Assembly: GCA_045863855.1 (NCBI GenBank)
Contig: BTVV01000002.1
Location: forward strand, 32,001-96,000
Reading direction: 5' to 3'
Length of the DNA stretch: 64,000 bases
Origin: Planctomycetota bacterium
GTDB lineage: Bacteria; Planctomycetota; SZUA-567; H5-PLA8
Shown: positions 18,657-27,531 of the stretch, in pieces
Layout of the letters: the number at the start of each line of letters is the position of its first letter
Numbering within the stretch: position 1 is the stretch's first letter
Program-made: the position numbers and the translations under genes
Notes under the pieces: model-generated
The model's database searches: none
The model's input: only the letters and a program-made list of their open reading frames with translations
Told to the model about the DNA's origin: nothing

Positions 18657-19564
18657 GCACCGCACCTGTGCCTGCTCCGGCCACGTCCGCTGCGCACGCT
18701 CCGGCCGCGGCCGAACACGTCATCGAATTCGCTCAAGTTAGCTTCGCGTACGCGAAGGGCGCCACAGTGCTCGAGAAGGTTAATTTTCACGTTCATGCCG
18801 GTGAGTTTCTCGGCGTTATCGGACCCAACGGAGGCGGCAAGACCACGCTGCTGAAGCTGGTGCTTGGCTTGCTGGAACCCACGTCAGGAACGGTCCGCGT
18901 ACTGGGCCGCGATCCGGCGGCGCTGGGGCGCGAGCGCCGCCGCGTCGGGTACGTGCCGCAGGACACCGGCATCCGGCAGCGCTTCCCCGCCTCGGTGCTG
19001 GATGTGGCGCTGATGGGCACCTACGGCGCGTTGGGGCTGTTCCGGCGTCCCGGCGAAGCCGAACGCGAAGCGGCGCTGAAGGCCATCGTCGATGTGGGGC
19101 TGCAGGGGCTCGAAGAACGCCCCGCCTGGAAACTGAGCGGCGGACAGCAGCAGCGCCTGGCCATCGCCCGCGCACTCATCTCCGATCCGCGCATCGTTTT
19201 GCTAGACGAACCCACCAGCGGGCTCGACACCGGCGGGCAAGCGCGGCTATTCGCGTTGCTCGAACGGATCAAGAGCGACCGCAACCTGACGGTGGTGATG
19301 GTAAGCCACGACGTTACCGCCATGGCGCATTACACCGATCAGCTCGCCTGCCTGAATCGCACGCTGCACTGGCACGATCGCAGCGAACTGATCACCGAGC
19401 ATGTGCTCAACCACGTTTACGGCTGCGAACTCGACGCGTTCTTCCTGAAGCATCACGAGCATCTCGAAGAATTCCACGGCGACGGAAGTTCCGCCGAGCA
19501 CGCGCACGGCCCGCATTGCGCTCACGATCACCCCGCGGCCAAGCCGCCCGAGCCGCGCGCATGA
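18653..19564 (+). CDS. znuC: Metal ABC transporter ATP-binding protein
   Basis: GPNGGGKT, VGYVPQ, LSGGQQQR, LLDEPT, VSHD; ATGA overlap with znuA; His-rich C-terminus. Confidence 0.9.
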   Translation: MSTAPVPAPATSAAHAPAAAEHVIEFAQVSFAYAKGATVLEKVNFHVHAGEFLGVIGPNGGGKTTLLKLVLGLLEPTSGTVRVLGRDPAALGRERRRVGYVPQDTGIRQRFPASVLDVALMGTYGALGLFRRPGEAEREAALKAIVDVGLQGLEERPAWKLSGGQQQRLAIARALISDPRIVLLDEPTSGLDTGGQARLFALLERIKSDRNLTVVMVSHDVTAMAHYTDQLACLNRTLHWHDRSELITEHVLNHVYGCELDAFFLKHHEHLEEFHGDGSSAEHAHGPHCAHDHPAAKPPEPRA

Positions 19565-20448
19565 GCGCTCCGGTCAGCTACTGGCAGGCGCTGGCCGAGA
19601 CGCCGTTGCTGCTGCGCGGAGCCTGCGCCGGCGCGCTGGTGGGCTTGGCCTGCGCCTGCCTATCGCCGTTCGTGGTGCTGCGGCGGCTGGCCTTCGTCGG
19701 CGACGGAATGGCGCACGCGGCCTTTGGCGGGCTGGGGCTGGGACTGTTTTTGATTGCCGGGAGCCGCGCCGACGATCCGCTGGTGCAGTTGATCATGCTG
19801 GGCTTTTGCTTGGTGCTGGCCGTGGCGGTGGGGCGCGCGACGCGGCAGCGCGAGAGCGGGCGCACAGAAGGCAAACTCGCCGCAGACAGCGCCATCGGCA
19901 TCGCCTTTGCCGTCAGCATGGCGTTGGGCGCGTTGCTGATCACTCTCCGACAACGCCGCGAACCGCAATACAAAGCCGGGTGGGAGGGCTACCTTTTCGG
20001 CAGTCTCCTGACCATCGGCGAAAGCCAGGTCTGGATCACCTTCGCGCTTGCGGGGGCCGTATTGCTGGCGCTGGTGCTGTTCCACAAAGAACTGACCTTC
20101 TACACCTACGACGAGACGCTGGCCGAGCTGAGCGGCCTGCCGGTCGCGTTTCTGCATTACCTGTTCCTGGCGTTGCTGGTGCTAACGGTCGTCGTCTCGG
20201 CGCGGATCGTCGGGATCGTGCTGGTTAGTTCTTCGCTGGTGCTTCCCGGCGTGGCGGGGCTGGCGCTGGCGCAACGTCTGCCCACGGCGGTCTGCATCGC
20301 CGGCGCCATCGGTGTGCTCAGCTACCAGGTGGGGCTCTATGCGTCGTTCACCTGGAACATCCCGCCAGGAGCGGCGGTGGTGCTGGTGCAATTTGCCTGC
20401 GTCCTGGCGGCGCAAGCCGTGCGCGTGGCGCGAGGCGCAACGAATTAA
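19561..20448 (+). CDS. znuB: Metal ABC transporter permease
   Basis: FVVLRRLAFVGDGMAHAAF, YLFGSLL; ATGA overlap with znuC. Confidence 0.9.
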   Translation: MSAPVSYWQALAETPLLLRGACAGALVGLACACLSPFVVLRRLAFVGDGMAHAAFGGLGLGLFLIAGSRADDPLVQLIMLGFCLVLAVAVGRATRQRESGRTEGKLAADSAIGIAFAVSMALGALLITLRQRREPQYKAGWEGYLFGSLLTIGESQVWITFALAGAVLLALVLFHKELTFYTYDETLAELSGLPVAFLHYLFLALLVLTVVVSARIVGIVLVSSSLVLPGVAGLALAQRLPTAVCIAGAIGVLSYQVGLYASFTWNIPPGAAVVLVQFACVLAAQAVRVARGATN

Positions 20449-20626
20449 TATCTAAAAATTCAAAACTAAAATATTTGGCGTTACTTAGAGCAATTGCTGA
20501 AGTGTGCTGTGCGCTATGGAATCTAGGAGAGGCCGAAAGGGGTAAGGCCACAAATTTACAAATAATGGCCTCACATTATCGAATCATAAAAAGCGATTGA
20601 AGCTAGATCCAAAATCCAAAATCGAA

Positions 20627-21514
20627 TTACGCCTCCTCCACTCCGGCTTGGTTCCGATACCGTAGCGGACTCACGCGATAGTGCGCTTTGAACTGTCGGC
20701 TGAAAAAGTGCTGGCTGGAAAAGCCGCAGGCTTCGGCCACTTCGCGCACGGTTGGCGCCACGCCGGCGGGATGTTCCTTCAATAGTCGCAGACCCAGGCG
20801 CAACCGCGCTTCGACGAGGTAGCGCTTCAGGCTGCGGCCTAAGGTGCGCACGCAAAGCGCGTGGAGATGCCCGGGCGAAAGTTCCAACTGAGCGGCCAGG
20901 TCGGCGACGCGCCAAGCGCGGGCCGGATCGGCGTCGACGAGCGCGCGCAAGCGTTCGACGCGCGCATCCTGCGGGCGCAGCGGACGCAGGAGCGAACGGC
21001 TCCGGGTCTCCCGAGCCGAGGCTTTATGCGCGAACCGCGCCAGTTCGGCGATCAAGTCCAGCAGCCAGCGCTCCCATGCGTAGGGATCGGAAACGGCCGT
21101 CCGTTTGTTCGCCGGCTGCTTGGCATAGACCGCTCGCACGCTTGGCGCTTCGCGCGCGGCAAACGTCAGCGGCACGAACGCGGATGGCCCGGACGGCTGC
21201 AAAAAGGCCGGCACGCGCGGCGCGGGCGATCGAAACGCGAAGTGCGTGTAGCGCAGCACCAGCCCCGGCTTCGTCTCGTCGATCCAGGCGGGCGTGTGCG
21301 GCGGGAGCAGCGCGAAGCTTCCGGCGGGCGCGATCAGGCGCCGCCCGTCGCGCAGCGTCCACGTCGCTTCGCCGCGGCGGACCCAGAACAGATCGAAGTC
21401 GGGGAAGAGGTGCAGGATCGGGAGCTTGCCCGGCGTATTGACGTACTCGCCGGCTCCGCCGCTGAGGTGCGGCACGCCGGCGGGGAAGGGGAGCCACAAG
21501 CGGTCGGCGGACAT
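20627..21514 (-). CDS. AraC family transcriptional regulator
   Basis: Cupin N-terminus; LAAQLELSPGHL...VAEACGFSSQHFFSRQFKAHYRVSPLRYR. Confidence 0.9.
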   Translation of the reverse strand: MSADRLWLPFPAGVPHLSGGAGEYVNTPGKLPILHLFPDFDLFWVRRGEATWTLRDGRRLIAPAGSFALLPPHTPAWIDETKPGLVLRYTHFAFRSPAPRVPAFLQPSGPSAFVPLTFAAREAPSVRAVYAKQPANKRTAVSDPYAWERWLLDLIAELARFAHKASARETRSRSLLRPLRPQDARVERLRALVDADPARAWRVADLAAQLELSPGHLHALCVRTLGRSLKRYLVEARLRLGLRLLKEHPAGVAPTVREVAEACGFSSQHFFSRQFKAHYRVSPLRYRNQAGVEEA

Positions 21515-21647
21515 AAGCGCACCTGAGATTAGTGCAAAAAATAGACGATGGCTCTAAAGACTCCGTTTCTCGAATACGGTAATGTTTTCGGGAACGCAAG
21601 GGCCAATCGACGCATCGGCCCGTGGCACTCAACCGGAGGAACCGACC

Positions 21648-22391
21648 ATGTCCCTGTCCGCCCCGCAGCGCGAAGCCTACGACCGCGAAGGCTACCTCGT
21701 CGTCGACCGCGTGCTCGAACCCGCGCGCCGCGAGGAACTCAGCCGCCGCGTCTGGGACTTGGTCCACGCCGCGGAGGAAGGCCGCCAGAGCAAAGAGCGC
21801 GTGCTCTTCGAACCCGGGTCGACCGCTGCGGCCACGGCCGTCAAGCCCGCGATTCGCAAGCTCAGCAGCCTGGTCGCCGAAGGCGAATTCTTCCAGCAGA
21901 TCGCCCGCGATCCGTTCATTCTGGATCTCGTCGCCGAGATGACCGGCGGCGCGAAGTCGATCTATCTGTACAACGACCAGGTTTTTCTGAAGCCCGCCTT
22001 CTGCGGGAGCGAAAAGCCGCTGCACCAGGACAACAGCTACTTCCGCGTCACGCCGCACTCGCACGGCGTGACCTGCTGGGTCGCCATCGACGAAGCGACC
22101 GAAGAGAACGGCTGCCTCAACTACATTCCGGGAAGCCACAAATTGGGCTTGGTGAAGCACCGCGAGATTCCGCAGACGCCGCACCACGTGCCCGATGTCG
22201 ATTTCCCGCTGGGCCGCGAAGTGCCCGCCCCCGTTCCGGCCGGTGGCGCGGTCTTCCACCACCTGCTCTGCATGCACAGCAGCAAGGCCAATCAGAGCCC
22301 GCACCCGCGCCGTGCTTGGGCGCTGCATTACGTCAACGGCGCAGCCGCCTGCCCCTCGCGGAAGTTTGAAGAGATGTTCCGCGTCAGGTAA
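21648..22391 (+). CDS. PhyH family Fe(II)/2-oxoglutarate dioxygenase
   Basis: YDREGYLVV, PLHQD, CWVAIDEATEENGCL, PGSH, distal His in MHSSKAN, PRRA; GGAGG RBS. Confidence 0.92.
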   Translation: MSLSAPQREAYDREGYLVVDRVLEPARREELSRRVWDLVHAAEEGRQSKERVLFEPGSTAAATAVKPAIRKLSSLVAEGEFFQQIARDPFILDLVAEMTGGAKSIYLYNDQVFLKPAFCGSEKPLHQDNSYFRVTPHSHGVTCWVAIDEATEENGCLNYIPGSHKLGLVKHREIPQTPHHVPDVDFPLGREVPAPVPAGGAVFHHLLCMHSSKANQSPHPRRAWALHYVNGAAACPSRKFEEMFRVR

Positions 22392-22400
22392 GCAGGATGG

Positions 22401-22477
22401 AAATCGTTAAACCGTGAACCGTAAACGGTAACGACCGGGCCGCTGAGGCCTGCCGTTACCGTTTGCCGTTTGCCGTT
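22401..22477. repeat. Inverted pair of degenerate heptamer arrays forming a hairpin just after the PhyH stop
   Basis: AAACCGT GAACCGT AAACGGT AACG ... CGTT ACCGTTT GCCGTTT GCCGTTC; 22423-22433 pairs perfectly with 22454-22464. Confidence 0.7.
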
Positions 22478-22581
22478 CGCTTCGTCCTAAGTTTTCTTCC
22501 CGCACCATTTTCCGGTCTGCCTTCCGGTCCTCCCGCGACACGGATAGATAAGTTGCTTTCTGGAATTGTCGCAGGCCCGCC

Positions 22582-22611
22582 TTGACAGCGGCATCTTATA
22601 ACGGGTAGGTT
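22582..22611 (+). promoter_or_regulatory. Candidate sigma70 promoter
   Basis: TTGACA, 18 nt spacer, TAGGTT; upstream of the CDS at 22674. Confidence 0.35.
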
Positions 22612-22673
22612 GCACCGCCCCAAAGCGAGCCGCTAACAGACAACTTCTTGTGGTGAATGGGTTTAAGGCAATC

Positions 22674-24131
22674 ATGAAGCCCGATTCGGACGCTCCGGAC
22701 GAACACGCGCTCGCCGCGCAAGCGAAAGACTTGCTGGCGCTGTCCAAGACCGACGTGCGTGCCGCCGAGTTGGCTTTCGCCGATCTGGGCTACGATCGCC
22801 AGCTCCAGACCGCACTGGTCCTCCACGGCGACGATTTGCAGGATTGGCTGCTGCTGGCCGAAGACTGCACCGATCTGGTCCGCGCGCTCCCGCCCGAACA
22901 TCTGCACCACAGCATCCGGCTGATTGGCGAAGAAGACGCGCTCTCGATCCTCAAAGCCGCCAGCAGCGAGCAGCTCAAGGCGCTGCTGGACATCGAGTTT
23001 TACACCGACAACCGGCTCGATCGGAAAAAGGTACGGCGCTGGATCGAACTCCTGTTGGAACTGGGCGGGGACGAGGCCGACGAGGCGCTGCAGGGCGTGG
23101 ACACGTTCGCCATTGCGGCCTTCGTGCGCCGTTATGTCCGCGCGGCGCTGCGCGACGACAACATCGTTCTGGCGCTGCAGATGAAGCAGCATCATCTGAT
23201 TACGCCCGATCAGCTCCAGATTGCCGACGATCTAGTCGAGCGCTTTCTCTCCTTCGTCGACGATTTTGCGCCGGAGGTGTACGGCGAGATCCTCGAGCGC
23301 GTCTTCCTGGACGATCCGAAGGCTGTGGCGTCGGATATGTACGCACAGCGCGACGATCGGTTGGCCGCGCGGGGCTTCCCCGGCCAGGAGCGCGCCGACC
23401 GCCTGCTCGTCCCGGTCGATCTGGGCGCGTACGAATTCGTTTGGAGTACGGCGGATGCGCCGGCCGCGGCGAGTGCGGACCTCGCTCGTACCCGCGAAGC
23501 GGCGCCTTTTATGGTCCAGGTGCTGGCGTGGGGCCGCGCTCAGGGCGAATTGGGCGAGAAGACCGAGCGCGCGTTCATCAAAGAGACGGCCGACGTGGCG
23601 AACATGCTCCTGTTGGCCCACGCGCGCGACGCCGGCGACCCGCAGGCCAAGAAGGAGGCGCTCGCCGCCGTGCAGGTGCTGGGCTCGGTGGGGCTCGAAG
23701 CCGTGGCCAGCGGGCACGTCCCAGCGGCCGTCGAAGCCCTGCAGCGTATGGATGTGGAAGAACTCTTCCGCCTCGGCTGGACGCTCACACGTTCGGTGGC
23801 CAAACCCGCCTGGCAGCTTACGGCCGATCCGCATATGGACGATATCGACAGCCGCCCGCCGGCGTGGCTCCCGGCCGGAGCCCGCGACGCGCTGCTCGAA
23901 GCCGAGTTGCTCATGGATTGGCGCCAAGTGGCCGCTTCCGCGTTGCCGGCCTCCGAACGCCATCCCGATCGCCCGACGCCCGGCCCCATGCTCACTTGGC
24001 CGCGTCTGCGCCGCCTGCGCGCCGCTGTTGAAGCTACGCACCAAAAGTACCAGGATGCCTTCGGACACTCGCCCGATGTCGAGTCCGCCGATCCCACCGT
24101 CGCCGATCCTTCGCTGCGCCGCCTGATCTGA
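22674..24131 (+). CDS. DUF6178-like protein of unknown function
   Basis: LVRALPPEHLHHSIRLIGEEDAL.IL..AS.EQ...LLDIE......LD.....W and R..RL...GF, S.GLE, LFRLG patterns recalled for DUF6178. Confidence 0.65.
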   Translation: MKPDSDAPDEHALAAQAKDLLALSKTDVRAAELAFADLGYDRQLQTALVLHGDDLQDWLLLAEDCTDLVRALPPEHLHHSIRLIGEEDALSILKAASSEQLKALLDIEFYTDNRLDRKKVRRWIELLLELGGDEADEALQGVDTFAIAAFVRRYVRAALRDDNIVLALQMKQHHLITPDQLQIADDLVERFLSFVDDFAPEVYGEILERVFLDDPKAVASDMYAQRDDRLAARGFPGQERADRLLVPVDLGAYEFVWSTADAPAAASADLARTREAAPFMVQVLAWGRAQGELGEKTERAFIKETADVANMLLLAHARDAGDPQAKKEALAAVQVLGSVGLEAVASGHVPAAVEALQRMDVEELFRLGWTLTRSVAKPAWQLTADPHMDDIDSRPPAWLPAGARDALLEAELLMDWRQVAASALPASERHPDRPTPGPMLTWPRLRRLRAAVEATHQKYQDAFGHSPDVESADPTVADPSLRRLI

Positions 24132-24315
24132 CCGAACCGCCGGCCTCCCGGCCGGCAGGATGGGCTCCTACGCGTTCCATCCCGCGATCCATTGCAGCAT
24201 CCCGAGCGTCTGGGGCGTCCCTTTCCAGGGTGCTTCTGCAAATCTCCGTCGGGCTTGGCGGGGTCGGCTATACTCGTTTAAGTTCTTGATACCAAGAAGG
24301 TTAGGGGGAATCCGC

Positions 24316-25737
24316 ATGCGTGTGAAACTTAGCGCCGGCATGATTCTGAGCGTGCTGGCGTGGGCAGCTACGTTGCAGGCGGCCGTGTATCAAGCCCCGA
24401 GCGCGGAACCGACCCCCGAAGAAACCCAAATTCTTGAGTACATGAACCGCTTCCGCGCCAACCCTTCGGCGGAGGCCGACAAGATTCTGGAGTTCATCAA
24501 AAGCGGCAAGGCGGGCTGGGTCGCGCGGGGCGTGGACTTGGCGATGTTCGAGAACGAGATGAAGGCGCTCAAGCCGTCGCCGCCGCTGGTACTCAACCTC
24601 AAACTGCTGGATGCCGCGCGCAAACACAGCTACTACATGATCCACAACGGGTTGACGCACGTCGAGACGGCGGGCAAGGAAGGCTTCGTCGCCGCCGACT
24701 TCGGCACCCGCTGCAAGAACGCCGGTTACGAAGGCGGGCCCGGCGGCGAAAATTGTTACGCTTCGGCCCCCGACGCTTGGGGCTCGCACGTCGGGTTCGT
24801 GGTCGATTCCGGTCCCGGCGGCACGGGCGGTATGCAGCCTGGGCGCGGCCACCGCATGAACATGCATAACCCCGGCATGCGCGAAGTCGGTCCCGGAGCG
24901 GTCCCGCGCAGCGGTGACCGCGGCGGGCTCTCGGTCACGCACAACATGGGCAGCCGGAAGGTCCGCTTCGTGGGCGGCGTGGTTTTCACCGACCGCAACT
25001 CCAACGAGTGGTACGACCTGGACGAAGGCGTCGGCGGTGTATCCATCAAGTGCAGCGACGGGAGCGAAGTGCGAACTTGGAAGAGCGGCGCGTACACGCT
25101 GGCACTGAAAGGCAACACCGCCGTGACCGTGACGGCCTCGCTGGGCGCGCGGACCTTCAGCCAGGAGATTCCGGCCGGAGCGGAGAACGTGAAGTTCGAC
25201 TGGCGCGTACCCGAGGAAGCGGCGCTGGAACTGGCCGACAAGCTTCTCGCCAAGGTCGAGAGCGTGCCCGGCAAGAGCGGTCCCGGATACACGAATGCGA
25301 TCCTTGAGCTGTATCAGGCCACGCAAGGGCTGGCCGTCGACACGCCGCGCCGTCAGAAGATCGACGAGTTGACCAAGGAGATCGGCCCGCAGCTCGAAGG
25401 AAGCAAGAAGGCGGTGCTGGAGGCGCTGCGCAACTACGGCCCCGAGTTTCCCAAGGTGCTGAACGAGAGCCAGCAGCCGTTCCAGGGCACGGCCGTCGCG
25501 GCGTGGTTTAAAGAAGCCGCGGCCATCGGGCAGGCCAAGGGCAGTTTCATCGGCTTCAAGCAGCAAGTCGAGACGAACAAGACGCTCCCCGAGCAGCAGA
25601 AGCGCCAGTTCCTGACTTATCTCCAGGGACTGGAGAAGCAGTTTCAGGAGTCCGAATTCAAATCCGAACTGGCCGCTCTGATCGACCAGACCATCCCGCT
25701 GGCTGATCCCAAGCGCGCGGGCATGTACAAGCGCTGA
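24316..25737 (+). CDS. Secreted CAP (SCP-like) domain protein with C-terminal extensions
   Basis: Signal peptide; ILEYMNRFRANP, LLDAARKHSYYM, GEN, GHRMNM, REVG. Confidence 0.8.
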   Translation: MRVKLSAGMILSVLAWAATLQAAVYQAPSAEPTPEETQILEYMNRFRANPSAEADKILEFIKSGKAGWVARGVDLAMFENEMKALKPSPPLVLNLKLLDAARKHSYYMIHNGLTHVETAGKEGFVAADFGTRCKNAGYEGGPGGENCYASAPDAWGSHVGFVVDSGPGGTGGMQPGRGHRMNMHNPGMREVGPGAVPRSGDRGGLSVTHNMGSRKVRFVGGVVFTDRNSNEWYDLDEGVGGVSIKCSDGSEVRTWKSGAYTLALKGNTAVTVTASLGARTFSQEIPAGAENVKFDWRVPEEAALELADKLLAKVESVPGKSGPGYTNAILELYQATQGLAVDTPRRQKIDELTKEIGPQLEGSKKAVLEALRNYGPEFPKVLNESQQPFQGTAVAAWFKEAAAIGQAKGSFIGFKQQVETNKTLPEQQKRQFLTYLQGLEKQFQESEFKSELAALIDQTIPLADPKRAGMYKR

Positions 25738-25809
25738 GCCCAGCGCTCAACGCCAGTACAGCTGGCTTTATCGGCAAGGCGTATGGGTAAAGTCCGCTAT
25801 ACCAGGACT

Positions 25810-26127
25810 TCACGCCGAAAAGAGTTTCAAGCCCACCACGCCGGCGACGATCAGAACCAAGCTCGCCATGCGCCCGGCGTTCGCGGGTTCTTCGAACCAC
25901 AGAATACCCAGCACGGCCGTGCCCGCGGCCCCGATGCCCGTCCAGACCGCATAGCCGGTTCCGACGGGGATATGCTTGAGCGCCCACGCCAGCAGCACAA
26001 AGCTGATCGCCATGCAGGCGACGGTCCAGAGCGAAGGCCAAAGCTTGGTGAAGCCTTGGGACTGCTTGAGGCCGATCGCCCAAGCGACCTCGAAGCATCC
26101 GGCCAGAATCAACACGAGCCACGGCAT
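25810..26127 (-). CDS. sugE: SMR family exporter, SugE/Gdx type
   Basis: WLVLILAGCFEVAWAIGLK.S.GFTKLWPS...IPVGTGYAVWTGIGAAGT; 105 aa, four TM helices. Confidence 0.92.
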   Translation of the reverse strand: MPWLVLILAGCFEVAWAIGLKQSQGFTKLWPSLWTVACMAISFVLLAWALKHIPVGTGYAVWTGIGAAGTAVLGILWFEEPANAGRMASLVLIVAGVVGLKLFSA

Positions 26128-26371
26128 CGGTGTGTCTCCAAGCGCTTGACCCGAAAGACATGCCTTCCCACTTGTGCATTCAGTGCTACGCTCACCCGCC
26201 TAAGGCAGGTCAAAATCGGGGTTTATGAAAACTTATTCATTTCTCTAACCTCTTCATATCATTCCAATTGCAAAGCACTGGTGATTTTCCTTGCGCTACA
26301 CCCTTTACCCAAACGGTCCGCATGGCCTATTCTCAAGGTATCGGCTCTTGTCTCTTATCCCGGAGGCCGCC

Positions 26372-26926
26372 ATGTCGAACGCTACCGAATCCCGCATCGT
26401 ATCGTTGCCCACGCATCCCCGCGCCATCGAAGCCGCGCCGATGGTGATGTACGAATGGAAGATGCTCCGCGCCGCGTACAAGATGCTGACCATTCTGCGC
26501 AAGTCGGACGATCCGCGCCGCGAGCAGCTTTTCGGCGTGCTGAACGAAGGCTACAGCGGCGCACTGTTCCTCAATAGTTTTCTCTTCCACGCCCGCAACC
26601 TCGCCGACTTCCTCTACACGCGCGGCGGCGAAGATGCCGACGCGGTCCTGGCCGAACATTTTTTCGCCAACCCCGAAGATTGGCGGCGCAAAGACTTGAA
26701 TCCGGGGCCGTTCCTGACCGCCAACAAGACGCGCCTCTACCAGCAGCTCAGCCGGCCGCGCTACGCCCGCATCGCGTACGGGCGGCTTACCGTCAACAAC
26801 TGGGATCTCGACGCCATTTGGAACGATCTCTCCGGCGCGTGGCAGACCTTCTGGACAGCGCTCCCGATTCCGACGCAGGAGTATTTCGAGGTCGTCCCCG
26901 AAGAGATGCCCATGCCAAAGGTTTAG
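26372..26926 (+). CDS. Hypothetical helical protein, possibly HEPN-like (paralog 1)
   Basis: GGAGG RBS; YEWKM, FLFHARNLADFL, AEHF; paralog immediately downstream. Confidence 0.75.
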   Translation: MSNATESRIVSLPTHPRAIEAAPMVMYEWKMLRAAYKMLTILRKSDDPRREQLFGVLNEGYSGALFLNSFLFHARNLADFLYTRGGEDADAVLAEHFFANPEDWRRKDLNPGPFLTANKTRLYQQLSRPRYARIAYGRLTVNNWDLDAIWNDLSGAWQTFWTALPIPTQEYFEVVPEEMPMPKV

Positions 26927-27005
26927 GTCCTCCATCGCTGGTTGCACGTCGGGCAGCGGAGGCGTAGAGTCCCCTTTTCAACCGTACGCCAAAGGGGGCT
27001 CCTGC

Positions 27006-27509
27006 ATGCCGATGCATCCTCGCGCCAAGGAAGCGGCGCCCATGATCATGTACGAATGGAAGATGTTTCGGCCTTCCGGCAAGATGCTCGCTATTCTCCA
27101 GGACGGCAAAGACACACGCCGCGCGCAGCTCTCCCAGGTACTCAACGAGAACTACGCCGGCGCCGTCTTCCTGCTCGACTTCCTGCTCCATGCCCGCAAC
27201 CTGGCCGATTTTCTCTTCATGCGCCCCACCGACGAGAGCGACGACGTGGTCGCCGAACACTTTTTCGATACGCCGGCCGAATGGCGCGCGAAGGGCGTCG
27301 AGCCCGGGCCGTACCTGACGCAGCACAAAGTCCGCATCTACCAGTTGCTGGCCCGCCCGCGCTTCGGGCGGATCGAGTACGGGCGGCTGAGCTTGCGCAA
27401 GTGGGACGCGCACGCGATCGAGCGCGAAATCGTCGGCGGCTGGGAAGTCTTCTGGAACGCCCTGACGCCCGATAAACAGGGCTGGTTCGACGTCACGCCG
27501 CCCTCTTAG
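27006..27509 (+). CDS. Hypothetical helical protein, possibly HEPN-like (paralog 2)
   Basis: Gapless alignment to paralog 1, about 92/165 identities by hand count. Confidence 0.8.
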   Translation: MPMHPRAKEAAPMIMYEWKMFRPSGKMLAILQDGKDTRRAQLSQVLNENYAGAVFLLDFLLHARNLADFLFMRPTDESDDVVAEHFFDTPAEWRAKGVEPGPYLTQHKVRIYQLLARPRFGRIEYGRLSLRKWDAHAIEREIVGGWEVFWNALTPDKQGWFDVTPPS

Positions 27510-27531
27510 CAAGTGCTTCGAAAGGCTTCTC

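Noticed and set aside
26128..26260. Guanidine riboswitch expected upstream of sugE/gdx
   Set aside because: No twin ACGR-loop hairpins or other guanidine aptamer motif visible on the minus strand; an Rfam scan would be decisive.
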